A DNA stretch of 32,000 nt from Candidatus Nitrosopumilus koreensis AR1 (lineage in GTDB: Archaea; Thermoproteota; Nitrososphaeria; Nitrososphaerales; Nitrosopumilaceae). The stretch spans positions 870,001-902,000 of the forward strand of contig NC_018655.1 of the NCBI RefSeq assembly GCF_000299365.1, written 5' to 3'. Made by a program: the position numbers and the translations under genes. Below are positions 9,584 through 18,135 of the stretch, piece after piece (the stretch's first letter is position 1; every line of letters starts with the position of its first letter). The notes under the pieces were generated by a model. It did not search any database. It was not told where the DNA came from and worked only from the letters and a program-made list of their open reading frames with translations.

Positions 9584-11194
9584 TTGAGGCTAAATATTTT
9601 CAAAGATAGTTTATCAGGATTGCAAAAATTACAGATTAAAGGAAAAAATAGACTAAATGCACCTCTAAACACACAAAAAGAGATTCCCAATACAAGCGAA
9701 AATAAAAAAATTCCTCAGTATATGACACTATCAAAACTAGAATGGGATGGAAACGAAATTCATGCAGGAATTATCAAAGATCCAACAGCCAAAGGGGGAT
9801 TGAGATATCAGGTGATAGAACCGGTGTTAACAGAAAGGGATCAAAAAGCATTCGAAATCATAAAAAAATTACTAATAACAGAACTCACAGTATCCATGCA
9901 CGAAATTAAATCTAAAAAAGATGCCGAAAGAAGATTGAAAAAGAAGATTGCATCGATGATAAAAAAATACAAATTAAAAATCCCTCCAAAAAATATTGCA
10001 AAAATAAACTATTATGCAATTAGAGATTTTGTACATCTTGGAAAAATTGAGCCACTAATGAGAGACCACATGATTGAGGAAATCAGTTGTGATGGAACAA
10101 ATATTCCAATCTATATTTGGCACAGAGAACATGAGTCTATGCCAACAAACATTATTTTTGAGAAAGATTCAGAATTAAATAATTTCTCAAGAAAGATGGC
10201 ATACATTTGTGGAAAACATGTTTCTATGGCAGACCCAATCATCGATGCATCACTTCCAAATGGAAGCAGAATCAATCTAACCCTAGGTCATGAAATCACA
10301 AAAAGAGGGAGCACATTTACAATTAGACGATTCCGTGCAGATCCAATAACAATCATTGATTTGATTAAATTCGGAACAATTTCTGTAGATATTGCTGCAT
10401 ATATGTGGTATTTAGCCGAAAAACGTGCAACAATGCTTATTGCCGGAGGTACTGCAAGTGGAAAAACCACAGCTCTAAATGCTCTAGCGTCATTTATCAG
10501 ACCAGGTCAAAAGGTTGTAAGCATAGAAGACACGCAGGAATTAAACTTGCCACATGAAAATTGGATTCCAGCAGTATCTAGACAAAATTTTACAGATACT
10601 CAGATAGGAGAAATTAATCAATTTGATTTGTTACGAGCAGCTCTCAGACAAAGACCAGACATAATTATTGTCGGAGAAACAAGAGGTCGTGAAGCATACA
10701 CACTATTTCAAGCTATGGCAACAGGCCACGGAGGATTCTCATCAATACATGCAGATTCAGTAGATGCAACATTAACAAGACTTACATCATCACCAATGGA
10801 TGTTCCCAAGGCATTAATTTCAAATAGTTTAGATTTAATTACATTACAATTAAAAATCAGAGTAGGAGATAAATCAGTCAGGAGAATTATTCAGGTATCT
10901 GAAATTAATGGAATTGACGAAAACACTGGACAAATAAAAACACATGAAATTTTCAAATGGAATCCAAAAACAGATTCACATGATTACATTGGAGATAGTA
11001 TAATCTTCAAAAAAATTAGAGAAAGAGACGGAGATTCTGAAGAAAAAATCAATTATGAGTTAACAAAGAGAAGATCAGCGTTAGAATGGATGGTAAAAAA
11101 TAACATTCGGGATCATAAAGAAGTTACTGCAAACATTATGGACTATTATGCAAATCCTGAAAGATTCTACGAAAGAAAAAGATTGGAAGTATAA
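9584..11194 (+). CDS. Type II/IV secretion-system-like ATPase (FlaI/ArlI-GspE-VirB11 superfamily) of pilus/archaellum type
   Basis: 536 aa with Walker A GGTASGKTT, Walker B-like DIIIVGETRGREA, SIEDTQEL Asp box and GHGGFSSIHADS His box. TTG start in the track. Confidence 0.9.
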   Translation: MRLNIFKDSLSGLQKLQIKGKNRLNAPLNTQKEIPNTSENKKIPQYMTLSKLEWDGNEIHAGIIKDPTAKGGLRYQVIEPVLTERDQKAFEIIKKLLITELTVSMHEIKSKKDAERRLKKKIASMIKKYKLKIPPKNIAKINYYAIRDFVHLGKIEPLMRDHMIEEISCDGTNIPIYIWHREHESMPTNIIFEKDSELNNFSRKMAYICGKHVSMADPIIDASLPNGSRINLTLGHEITKRGSTFTIRRFRADPITIIDLIKFGTISVDIAAYMWYLAEKRATMLIAGGTASGKTTALNALASFIRPGQKVVSIEDTQELNLPHENWIPAVSRQNFTDTQIGEINQFDLLRAALRQRPDIIIVGETRGREAYTLFQAMATGHGGFSSIHADSVDATLTRLTSSPMDVPKALISNSLDLITLQLKIRVGDKSVRRIIQVSEINGIDENTGQIKTHEIFKWNPKTDSHDYIGDSIIFKKIRERDGDSEEKINYELTKRRSALEWMVKNNIRDHKEVTANIMDYYANPERFYERKRLEV

Positions 11195-12119
11195 TCATGG
11201 CACTGATAGGAGCAAAACAAAAAAAATACAAAAAGAAGAATCAGTAGGCAGAATTCATATTTTTAGTTACAAGTTACTAAACGATCATGTAAAATTTTTA
11301 CATCCAAAATTAAAAACACTTGAAAAATCCATCAAGCAGGCGATGATGCCAATTCCATTTGAAGTCTATGTGTCAAGCATGATTTTCTTTAGCATGATTG
11401 CAGGCATGTGTGGAATGATTATGGGGGTTGTAGCATTGCAATTTATCAATATTCAACCAGCAAGTATAGGATTTTTCTTGCCCGTACTTACAGGACTAAT
11501 GTTGTTTGGAATGACTTTTGGAGTACTGCAAACAATTCCAGCAATAAGAGTAAAAAACAGAGCAGCAAAACTAGTAGAAGAAATTCCTCATTTTATAGGA
11601 TACATGTCGACACTTGCAACTAGTGGCCTCACACTAGAAGGAATATTCAAAGCAATTGCAAAAGAAGAAACGAATGAAGACATTGTAAAGGACGCAAGAT
11701 TCATTGTAAGAAATATTGACATTTTGGGAATGGATTTGATCAGTGCCATTAAAGATTTGATTCACAGAACACCAACGGGACCCTATTCAGAATTACTTGA
11801 CGGGGCAATCATCACAGTACAATCAGGAGGAGATCTAAAAGAGTACTTTAACGCAACTGCAAAAGTTCAGTTAGAAGAAAAGAAGATGCTTATGCAAAAA
11901 ACTACAGAATCACTTGGAAGTGTTGCGGAAATTTATACAATATTACTAATTGTTTTCCCATTACTTGCAGTAATTATGTTATCCATTATGGGCATCATGA
12001 GTCCAAGTCTTGCAGGATTTGATTTGTTAACTTTGATGAATATTCTTACATTTGCAGTTATTCCGTTAAGCGGAGTACTAATGTTAGTAATGATGGACAC
12101 AATGGTACCAAAGAGGTAA
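11148..12119 (+). CDS. T2SF-domain membrane protein 1 (FlaJ/ArlJ-TadB/C-like); natural start possibly 11197 in a shifted frame
   Basis: Polytopic TM protein with T2SF-type segment (EEIPHFIGYMSTLATSGLTLEGIFKAIAKEE...GPYSELLDGAIITVQSGGDLKEYF). The track start overlaps the ATPase gene by 47 nt. ATG 11197 lies 2 nt after the ATPase stop but is out of frame across an A8 run. Confidence 0.85.
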   Translation: MQILKDSTKEKDWKYNHGTDRSKTKKIQKEESVGRIHIFSYKLLNDHVKFLHPKLKTLEKSIKQAMMPIPFEVYVSSMIFFSMIAGMCGMIMGVVALQFINIQPASIGFFLPVLTGLMLFGMTFGVLQTIPAIRVKNRAAKLVEEIPHFIGYMSTLATSGLTLEGIFKAIAKEETNEDIVKDARFIVRNIDILGMDLISAIKDLIHRTPTGPYSELLDGAIITVQSGGDLKEYFNATAKVQLEEKKMLMQKTTESLGSVAEIYTILLIVFPLLAVIMLSIMGIMSPSLAGFDLLTLMNILTFAVIPLSGVLMLVMMDTMVPKR

Positions 12120-12123
12120 AAAT

Positions 12124-13032
12124 ATGGAAAGAGTTCAAAGAAAAAGAAACCAATCAACGGAGTTAGAACCAAAACAATCAATATTAAAAAATGATTTACT
12201 AAAAAGTGGCATATTTTCTGTTGTTGCATCAATTAGCGTCATAACAATGAGTTTTTACTTTTCAGAATTTTCAAATTCCACCACAATCAGGGATGTAGGA
12301 TTAATCTTTGGAATTTTAGTAGGAGTCATACCTTTAACAATACACCAGTTAAAAGAAGTTCAAAGAAGAGACAGCATAGATAGAAACCTACCAGTGTTTT
12401 TACTTGCATTGTTGAGTTCAGTTCAAAGTGGAGCAAATCTCATCAAGGCAATAGAACAAGCAGCGGACAGAAATCTAGGGTCATTAACTCCAGAGCTCAA
12501 GAACTTAAGAGCAAACATTAGTTGGGGAACCCCAATTGAAGAAGCATTTGAGAATTTTGCAGAAAGGACTGGAACAAGAGTTTCAAGAAGAGTTACAGTA
12601 TTGTTAGAAATGGCAATGAAAATCGGAGGAGACGTAACAGAGAATCTAGAGATGATTCAAAAACATGTGTCTGAAATGCAAAATATTGAGAAGAGTAGAA
12701 AGTCAGCTCTTCAACCTTACACGTACACAATATACATTTCATTTGCAGTGTTTTTGGCAGTTGCAGTTTTGCTAACCACAAGTTTCTTTACAGAGATAGA
12801 AAAAGTTCAGGAAGGGCTTTTGGCAGCTGGAAGTGGAAATGAAGGATTGTTTGGATCCCTGGCAAACATGGAAATTGAGAAATTAGAATCAGCATTGTTT
12901 AACATGGCAGTAATTGAAGCGGTCTTTGGTGGACTAGCGGCAGGAAAAATTGGTTCGGGATCATATGTTGCAGGAACAAAACATGTAGTAGCAATGATTG
13001 TGATCGCAGTTATAGCATTTAATGTGATGTAA
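12124..13032 (+). CDS. T2SF-domain membrane protein 2 (FlaJ/ArlJ-TadB/C-like)
   Basis: 302 aa polytopic protein with T2SF-type pattern (LLALLSSVQSGANLIKAIEQAAD...WGTPIEEAFENFAERTGTRVSRR). Starts 4 nt after the first T2SF gene. Confidence 0.85.
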   Translation: MERVQRKRNQSTELEPKQSILKNDLLKSGIFSVVASISVITMSFYFSEFSNSTTIRDVGLIFGILVGVIPLTIHQLKEVQRRDSIDRNLPVFLLALLSSVQSGANLIKAIEQAADRNLGSLTPELKNLRANISWGTPIEEAFENFAERTGTRVSRRVTVLLEMAMKIGGDVTENLEMIQKHVSEMQNIEKSRKSALQPYTYTIYISFAVFLAVAVLLTTSFFTEIEKVQEGLLAAGSGNEGLFGSLANMEIEKLESALFNMAVIEAVFGGLAAGKIGSGSYVAGTKHVVAMIVIAVIAFNVM

Positions 13033-13039
13033 AATGAAA

Positions 13040-13067
13040 AATTGTTTGTTCATTTGAACAAACAATT
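13040..13067. promoter_or_regulatory. Perfect 12-bp inverted repeat with 4-nt spacer downstream of the T2SF gene pair (terminator or operator)
   Basis: AATTGTTTGTTC-ATTT-GAACAAACAATT, 7 nt after the stop codon at 13032. Confidence 0.6.
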
Positions 13068-13270
13068 ATGAAATCATATTCCAACATAACAAAAAGGCAT
13101 GTGTGTAATATCAATTACATGCAGAACCTTTTGTTCTAACATATCCATCAAGATTAGGGGTATATGGGAGAATATGAGAATTATATGTTATGAACAACAT
13201 AGAAATTGTACGAAAGTGCTAAATGCAATTAGGCAAAACAAACCCAAGATGACGAGGGGATGGAAATAGT

Positions 13271-14110
13271 ATGATGTCATACGAAGATCAAGTCAGCGGC
13301 ATTGCAGCTGAACTGGAAGAGGTTTTAGATTTAGACGATTTGGAGGCCAAAGTTTATCTGAATCTGTTAAGAGCAGGGCCAATTACGGCAAGTGCATTAG
13401 CTAAGGAATTAGACATAGACAGAGCAAGAATGTACAGAACGGTAGACAAGCTAGTTAGTAGAAATATTATTTCAACAACACTATCTAGTCCAAAATTATG
13501 TATTGCAGCAGACCCACATGAAGCATTAAAGATCACACTAGGTAAAAAAGAAGACGAGGTAAACAAAATCAAAAAATCAGGGGAGGCAATTATTGAAAAA
13601 ATTAATAATGAAATTACAACAAACCAAAGCAGTTCAGTTCCTACATTTAGGGTAGTACAAGGTCGTCAAAACATCTATGCAGACATTGCACAAATGGTAG
13701 AAGAGACAAAAGACGTTCTTTACATTGTAACAACATTGGACGATGTTTCAAGAATGTATCATAGTACAATTCCTGAAAAAATCACCATCTGTGAAAAAAA
13801 TGGTGGGAGTGTAAGATTACTAGTGGATATGAACGATGCTAAACTCACACCATTTGTAAAAAGATTCAACGCAACTGAGACCAGAATAGGAAACCTCCCT
13901 TCAAAAGGTAGACTCATAGTTCAAAAGGACAAGAAGATGATAATGTCAGATTCTGCATCATCATTTCAACATTCAAGTGCAGATTCTGATTTCTCACTTT
14001 GTACAAACTCAACTGAAATGGTGGACAATATTTTCACGTTATGTAAATTTTTGTGGGAAACATCCAATCCACTTAAAACAATTGATGTAAAGAATTTTGT
14101 TAAAAATTAA
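13271..14110 (+). CDS. TrmB-family transcriptional regulator
   Basis: 279 aa. N-terminal wHTH (LDDLEAKVYLNLLRAGPITASALAKELDIDRARMYRTVDKLVSRNII) followed by a TrmB/PLD-like C-terminal region. Confidence 0.85.
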   Translation: MMSYEDQVSGIAAELEEVLDLDDLEAKVYLNLLRAGPITASALAKELDIDRARMYRTVDKLVSRNIISTTLSSPKLCIAADPHEALKITLGKKEDEVNKIKKSGEAIIEKINNEITTNQSSSVPTFRVVQGRQNIYADIAQMVEETKDVLYIVTTLDDVSRMYHSTIPEKITICEKNGGSVRLLVDMNDAKLTPFVKRFNATETRIGNLPSKGRLIVQKDKKMIMSDSASSFQHSSADSDFSLCTNSTEMVDNIFTLCKFLWETSNPLKTIDVKNFVKN

Positions 14111-14508
14111 ACTAACGATTCATCATTTACTTCGATAGGTTTTCGGCCCATAAATCCAGAGTCTTTTTCATGCCAAAATTTTATTTCAGTTTCACCATAT
14201 TTCCAACACAACCATACCTCATCATCAAATCTTTTGGAGGGAAAATCAAGTAATCCTTGCTCAATACTTTTGACAACGACCCCCGTGTTTTCAAGAATTT
14301 CAACTGCCTCATAGAATTTTGTTATTGCAGAGTTCAGTTGTTGTTTCAGAGTAACATACTCTTCAAAAGAATTAGTCGTAGATAGACTCATTTGCAATTG
14401 TTGTTCTAGTTTTGTGACTTCATTCTTTTTTGCTAAAGCATATTCAAATTTTTTAATCACATCAGGAAGTGCTTCATTTGCTTCATTTGTAGTAAAAAAC
14501 GAGAACAT
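14107..14508 (-). CDS. Conserved-looking hypothetical protein
   Basis: 133-aa ORF, coding-like composition, in a well-fitting slot. Confidence 0.6.
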   Translation of the reverse strand: MFSFFTTNEANEALPDVIKKFEYALAKKNEVTKLEQQLQMSLSTTNSFEEYVTLKQQLNSAITKFYEAVEILENTGVVVKSIEQGLLDFPSKRFDDEVWLCWKYGETEIKFWHEKDSGFMGRKPIEVNDESLV

Positions 14509-14580
14509 GTATCATCTCAATATTGCTGGATTAAAAATCTTAGGCGCAAATTTATTAGTTAATCTCTATGAAGAAAAGAC

Positions 14581-14859
14581 ATGAGTGACAAACAGTTAGA
14601 GGAATTAATAGTTCAAACAATTAACGGAGCAGTGGCCACAATTCCAGCATATCTTGAGGAGATTAAAGAAAACAAACAAGTCCTAAAAGTAGAAGACCCA
14701 AAAGAATTTGTTTATGGAATTGTTATGGGAATGGCATTAGGAATGAGTGGAGCAATACTAAGTGCACAAAAAGAAATGCCGACACCAGAAGATCAAATCA
14801 AAGTCAGAGACATTGTCTACAAACACATACCAGACATAAGAGAACGGATTTTTAATTGA
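14581..14859 (+). CDS. Hypothetical small protein
   Basis: 92-aa ORF MSDKQLEELIVQTINGAVATIPAYLEEIKENKQVLKVEDPKEF..., coupled to the downstream gene. Confidence 0.65.
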   Translation: MSDKQLEELIVQTINGAVATIPAYLEEIKENKQVLKVEDPKEFVYGIVMGMALGMSGAILSAQKEMPTPEDQIKVRDIVYKHIPDIRERIFN

Positions 14860-15260
14860 TTGAATTTACAAAAAAAGAAAGAGAGTTTCTCAATTTATTA
14901 GAAGAAGCAAGAATAGCGACATCGCACAATGACATTCCTCATGTAAAGCCAGTATCTTTCATATTAAATGAAAACACAATCATTATTGCAACAGACTATG
15001 AAACAAGAACATATTTGAATCTAAAAACAAATCCAAATGCAAGTGTTGTAATTGACATCTACAAATCAGGAGGACATAAAGCAGTGTTAATTCAAGGCAA
15101 AACAGAGATTATAGAAAAAGGTGAAGAATTCAAAAAATTATACAACAAATTTTTTGAAAAATTTGAATGGGTGAGACGTGATCCTTGGAAAGAGAATGAA
15201 GCACCATTTCTAAAAATAATTCCAAAAAACAAGATTAGTTGGGGCTTGGACGAAAAATAA
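14856..15260 (+). CDS. Pyridoxamine 5'-phosphate oxidase-like / F420-binding split-barrel family protein
   Basis: 134 aa: TTG start, FLNLLEEARIATSHNDIPHVKPVSFILNENTIIIATDYETRTYLNLKTNPNASVVID pattern of split-barrel flavin/F420 proteins. Confidence 0.75.
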   Translation: MIEFTKKEREFLNLLEEARIATSHNDIPHVKPVSFILNENTIIIATDYETRTYLNLKTNPNASVVIDIYKSGGHKAVLIQGKTEIIEKGEEFKKLYNKFFEKFEWVRRDPWKENEAPFLKIIPKNKISWGLDEK

Positions 15261-15313
15261 GAATTGTTAAGTTAACGAATTTTTCAGAATGGTTTTCATT
15301 AACAATTACAAGG

Positions 15314-15511
15314 TTATTTTTTGATACGATTTTTGGATTTCTTGGCTCTTGGTTTTGTTCGAAGTAAACGCCCACAACAAGGACACCATAAGCCCTCCCA
15401 GACAATGAACAATTCACATTCAGGGCATCTTTTTTGACCTAATTCGTACCTTCCGCCATCAAGACTTGTGCTTGTTGCCTTGTATTTTTTACAAGAGCCA
15501 TTACAATGCAT
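15314..15511 (-). CDS. Small zinc-ribbon protein
   Basis: 65 aa with CNGSC, CPEC and CPCCGRLLRTKP motifs and a basic C-terminus. Confidence 0.6.
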   Translation of the reverse strand: MHCNGSCKKYKATSTSLDGGRYELGQKRCPECELFIVWEGLWCPCCGRLLRTKPRAKKSKNRIKK

Positions 15512-15616
15512 AAATAATTATGAAGTATAGATATAGAAAAACAGTAGCTCTGTTTTCAAAAATGTAAGTTATGTGAAATCCCTAACAAATAAAGAGTACA
15601 AAAAAAGAAAAACAGC

Positions 15617-15895
15617 ATGTCAAACAAAATCAAATGTTCACACATTCTTGTTTCAAAACAAAGTGAAGCATTAGAAATTATGGAGAGATTAAAAAATGGT
15701 GAGAAATTTGGAAAGTTGGCAAAAGAATTATCCACTGATTCAAGTAGTGCCAAAAGAGATGGTAGTCTTGGGTATTTTACAAAGGGCATGATGGTAAAAC
15801 CATTTGAAGATACAGCATTCAAACTACAAATTGGAGAGATTTCTGAGCCAGTAAAATCAGAATTTGGATACCACATAATCAAAAGATTCGGATAA
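15617..15895 (+). CDS. Parvulin-type (PpiC/rotamase) peptidyl-prolyl cis-trans isomerase
   Basis: 92-aa single-domain parvulin: KCSHILVSK...FGKLAKELSTDSSSAKRDGSLGYFTKGMMVKPFEDTAFKLQIGEISEPVKSEFGYHIIKR. Confidence 0.95.
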   Translation: MSNKIKCSHILVSKQSEALEIMERLKNGEKFGKLAKELSTDSSSAKRDGSLGYFTKGMMVKPFEDTAFKLQIGEISEPVKSEFGYHIIKRFG

Positions 15896-15906
15896 ACACT
15901 ATAGAA

Positions 15907-16182
15907 ATGGCAGTATTAACAAAAGAGACAATAGATGAGATTTTAACATATTTAGAAAAATCAATTATGAACCTAGCAAGAGATGCATTTGAGAATTTAG
16001 AAGTAGACGGAGGATTTGAAGGAACAATAAATTTTCTAGAAAATCAATTTGAAATAAGGCTAGAAAATTTACTTGTATCAAAAGGTTTTAGCACACATCA
16101 TTTAGAATCAGGAATCAAAAATAAAATTATTCAAAGAAAACAGGTGATTTTTGGAGATATTTTAAAACAATATAAAAATTAG
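15907..16182 (+). CDS. Hypothetical small protein
   Basis: 91-aa ORF, 12 nt after the parvulin gene. Confidence 0.6.
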   Translation: MAVLTKETIDEILTYLEKSIMNLARDAFENLEVDGGFEGTINFLENQFEIRLENLLVSKGFSTHHLESGIKNKIIQRKQVIFGDILKQYKN

Positions 16183-16196
16183 ATAAACGCATCTAA
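16179..16196. terminator. Compact hairpin at convergent gene ends, overlapping both stop codons
   Basis: TTAGAT-AAACGC-ATCTAA, followed on the + strand by TCCTG and T7 (16202-16208). Confidence 0.5.
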
Positions 16197-17683
16197 TCCT
16201 GTTTTTTTAGGTAGTTCTTGATTTTTTCTAATACTTTGGTCATCTTATCTCCCATAGATTTCGATGCAGTCATTTTTCGTTTTCCAATCCAATAATATGT
16301 TTCATCAATAGTATTTTTTGCAATTAACACTACTAGTTTTCCAGTGTCTTTTCTCCCAGTTCGTCCCCTTCTTTGAATAAATCTAACAGAACTGGGCACA
16401 TTATCATAAAAGATAACCTGATTTACTTCAGCAATATCCAATCCTTCTTCGCCAACACGCGTTGCAATTAAAACATCAAATACCCCATCTCGAAATTTTT
16501 GTACAGTTTCAATTTGCTTTTTTTGTTTTAAACCTGTCTCCCCTGCTTTCCCAATTAATATTCCAGCAGAAACCCCAAGTTCTGTTAATTTGTTAAAAAT
16601 TAGATCAACTGAATCACGATAGCTGGTAAAGATCAGAGTTTTTCCTGGAACAGAATCCAAGATACTCTTTAGTTTAGGGATTTTAGAATGCTCTATTCCT
16701 CTTGATTGAGCTTCTTTTGCAAGATGTATTGCTCGAGTAAAATTTGGATCAATTTCAAAGAGTTCTTTGACGCCTGCTCCTTTTTTTGCTTGTGCACGCT
16801 CACAAAACTTCAAGAACGGGGTCACTCCATGCGCCTCCAAAATATTTAGTGCATAATGAATTCTGATTGCAGTGAATAATGGTTTTGCAGAACGTCTGTT
16901 TTGATTTAAAACAAATTGTCGTATTCTTAATAACGCAGAAAGAGATTGTTGCTCAGCTAGTTTAATTCCATTAGATCGTAATGTATCATATCTTTGATCC
17001 AGTGCCAATTTCAACAATGTTTGAATAGACTTTAGTTCAGAGGGAAGTTCAACATTTATCCATTCAGTATTTGTTTCTTGAGTATAGGGTTTGACATCAG
17101 GACTATCCTCAGTTCTTTCAGCAACACTAGCAATTTGGAGTTTAGTAAGAATTTCAGTTGCTTTGTCTTTTTCACTTGGCAAGGTAGCAGTCATTCCAAC
17201 AATTCTTGCAGAAGAATTTGTAAAACGCTCAGCAATTCCAGAATATGCATAGTCACCAGCTGTTCTATGTACTTCATCAAAAATTACAAGATTGAATTGA
17301 TCTGATGAGACAATACCTCTATCAAGATCATTTTTTGTAATTTCAGGAGTTGCACAAATTACACTATTATTCCACAGTTTAGTTCTTTTTTGAATCGGGT
17401 CTTCTCCAGTAATTAGTGAAATATCATCCAAAGTAAGATTTTCTTTTAAGAATTCATAGTGTTGATTGACAAGAACCCTTGTAGGAGCTAAAAAGAGAAC
17501 CCCCCCAGTACCCGTAGAAAGATATTCGGCAATGACTTGTAATGCAATTGCAGTCTTTCCAAGACCAGTTGGCAAAACAACAATACAGTTCTCAGATATA
17601 GCTTGATTTGCAAGATTTACTTGATAGGCTCGTTTTTCAATAGAGTCTTTTTTAACATATTTTCTTTCAATAAACTCAGTCAA
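16193..17683 (-). CDS. Hef/FANCM/MPH1-like superfamily 2 helicase (helicase domains only)
   Basis: 496 aa: VLPTGLGKTAIALQV (Walker A), FDEVHRTAGDYAY (DExH), VGMTATLPS, IATRVGEEGLDIAEVNQVIFYDNVPSSVRFIQRRGRTGR (motifs V/VI). Confidence 0.9.
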   Translation of the reverse strand: MTEFIERKYVKKDSIEKRAYQVNLANQAISENCIVVLPTGLGKTAIALQVIAEYLSTGTGGVLFLAPTRVLVNQHYEFLKENLTLDDISLITGEDPIQKRTKLWNNSVICATPEITKNDLDRGIVSSDQFNLVIFDEVHRTAGDYAYSGIAERFTNSSARIVGMTATLPSEKDKATEILTKLQIASVAERTEDSPDVKPYTQETNTEWINVELPSELKSIQTLLKLALDQRYDTLRSNGIKLAEQQSLSALLRIRQFVLNQNRRSAKPLFTAIRIHYALNILEAHGVTPFLKFCERAQAKKGAGVKELFEIDPNFTRAIHLAKEAQSRGIEHSKIPKLKSILDSVPGKTLIFTSYRDSVDLIFNKLTELGVSAGILIGKAGETGLKQKKQIETVQKFRDGVFDVLIATRVGEEGLDIAEVNQVIFYDNVPSSVRFIQRRGRTGRKDTGKLVVLIAKNTIDETYYWIGKRKMTASKSMGDKMTKVLEKIKNYLKKQD

Positions 17684-17778
17684 CTGATAATGGAAATTTG
17701 CAATTTATCGATTTTATGCTTTCGTGTAGTTAACCATTGACAAACAGATACTTTTGAATTTCAAATAAATAAAAATTT

Positions 17779-18102
17779 GTGCCTGATACCAATAATTTAG
17801 ATATAAAAATAACTCAAAGGAGCCCATTTTTATCCAATAATCACATAGAGTGTATATTGAGTGACAAAAATCCCAATGAAGAATACTTTCAATCACTGCT
17901 TAAATCTTTGAACCAAGATCCCAATTGGAGAATTGTAGAAGAATATTTGGAAAAATATGAGTTAATCAAAAAAGATCTTACGCAAGAACAACAAACCGTA
18001 ATTTCAGAGATGGGAAGGGCAATGCTTGCATTGGCAGATTCACAACCCAAAATCATCATAGACAAATTCCTAGAGTTAGTTCAGAACATGAATAAAAAAT
18101 AG
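17779..18102 (+). CDS. Hypothetical protein
   Basis: 107-aa ORF with a GTG start, coding-like composition. Confidence 0.5.
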   Translation: MPDTNNLDIKITQRSPFLSNNHIECILSDKNPNEEYFQSLLKSLNQDPNWRIVEEYLEKYELIKKDLTQEQQTVISEMGRAMLALADSQPKIIIDKFLELVQNMNKK

Positions 18103-18135
18103 TGTTTAGACACTAGACAATTAATACAAAAAAGG

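Noticed and set aside
11408-12232. ORFs 11408..11623 (+) and 11933..12232 (-)
   Set aside because: Overlap the T2SF genes, whose membrane-protein frame is clearly coding; apparent TM segments on the antisense strand are compositional mirrors.
13033-13270. Possible tRNA or rRNA gene in the longest non-coding gap
   Set aside because: No GTTCRANYC T-loop signature or cloverleaf pairing could be found by eye; only hairpins were evident.
15556-15882. Minus-strand 108-aa ORF
   Set aside because: Lies antisense to the clearly recognisable parvulin gene.
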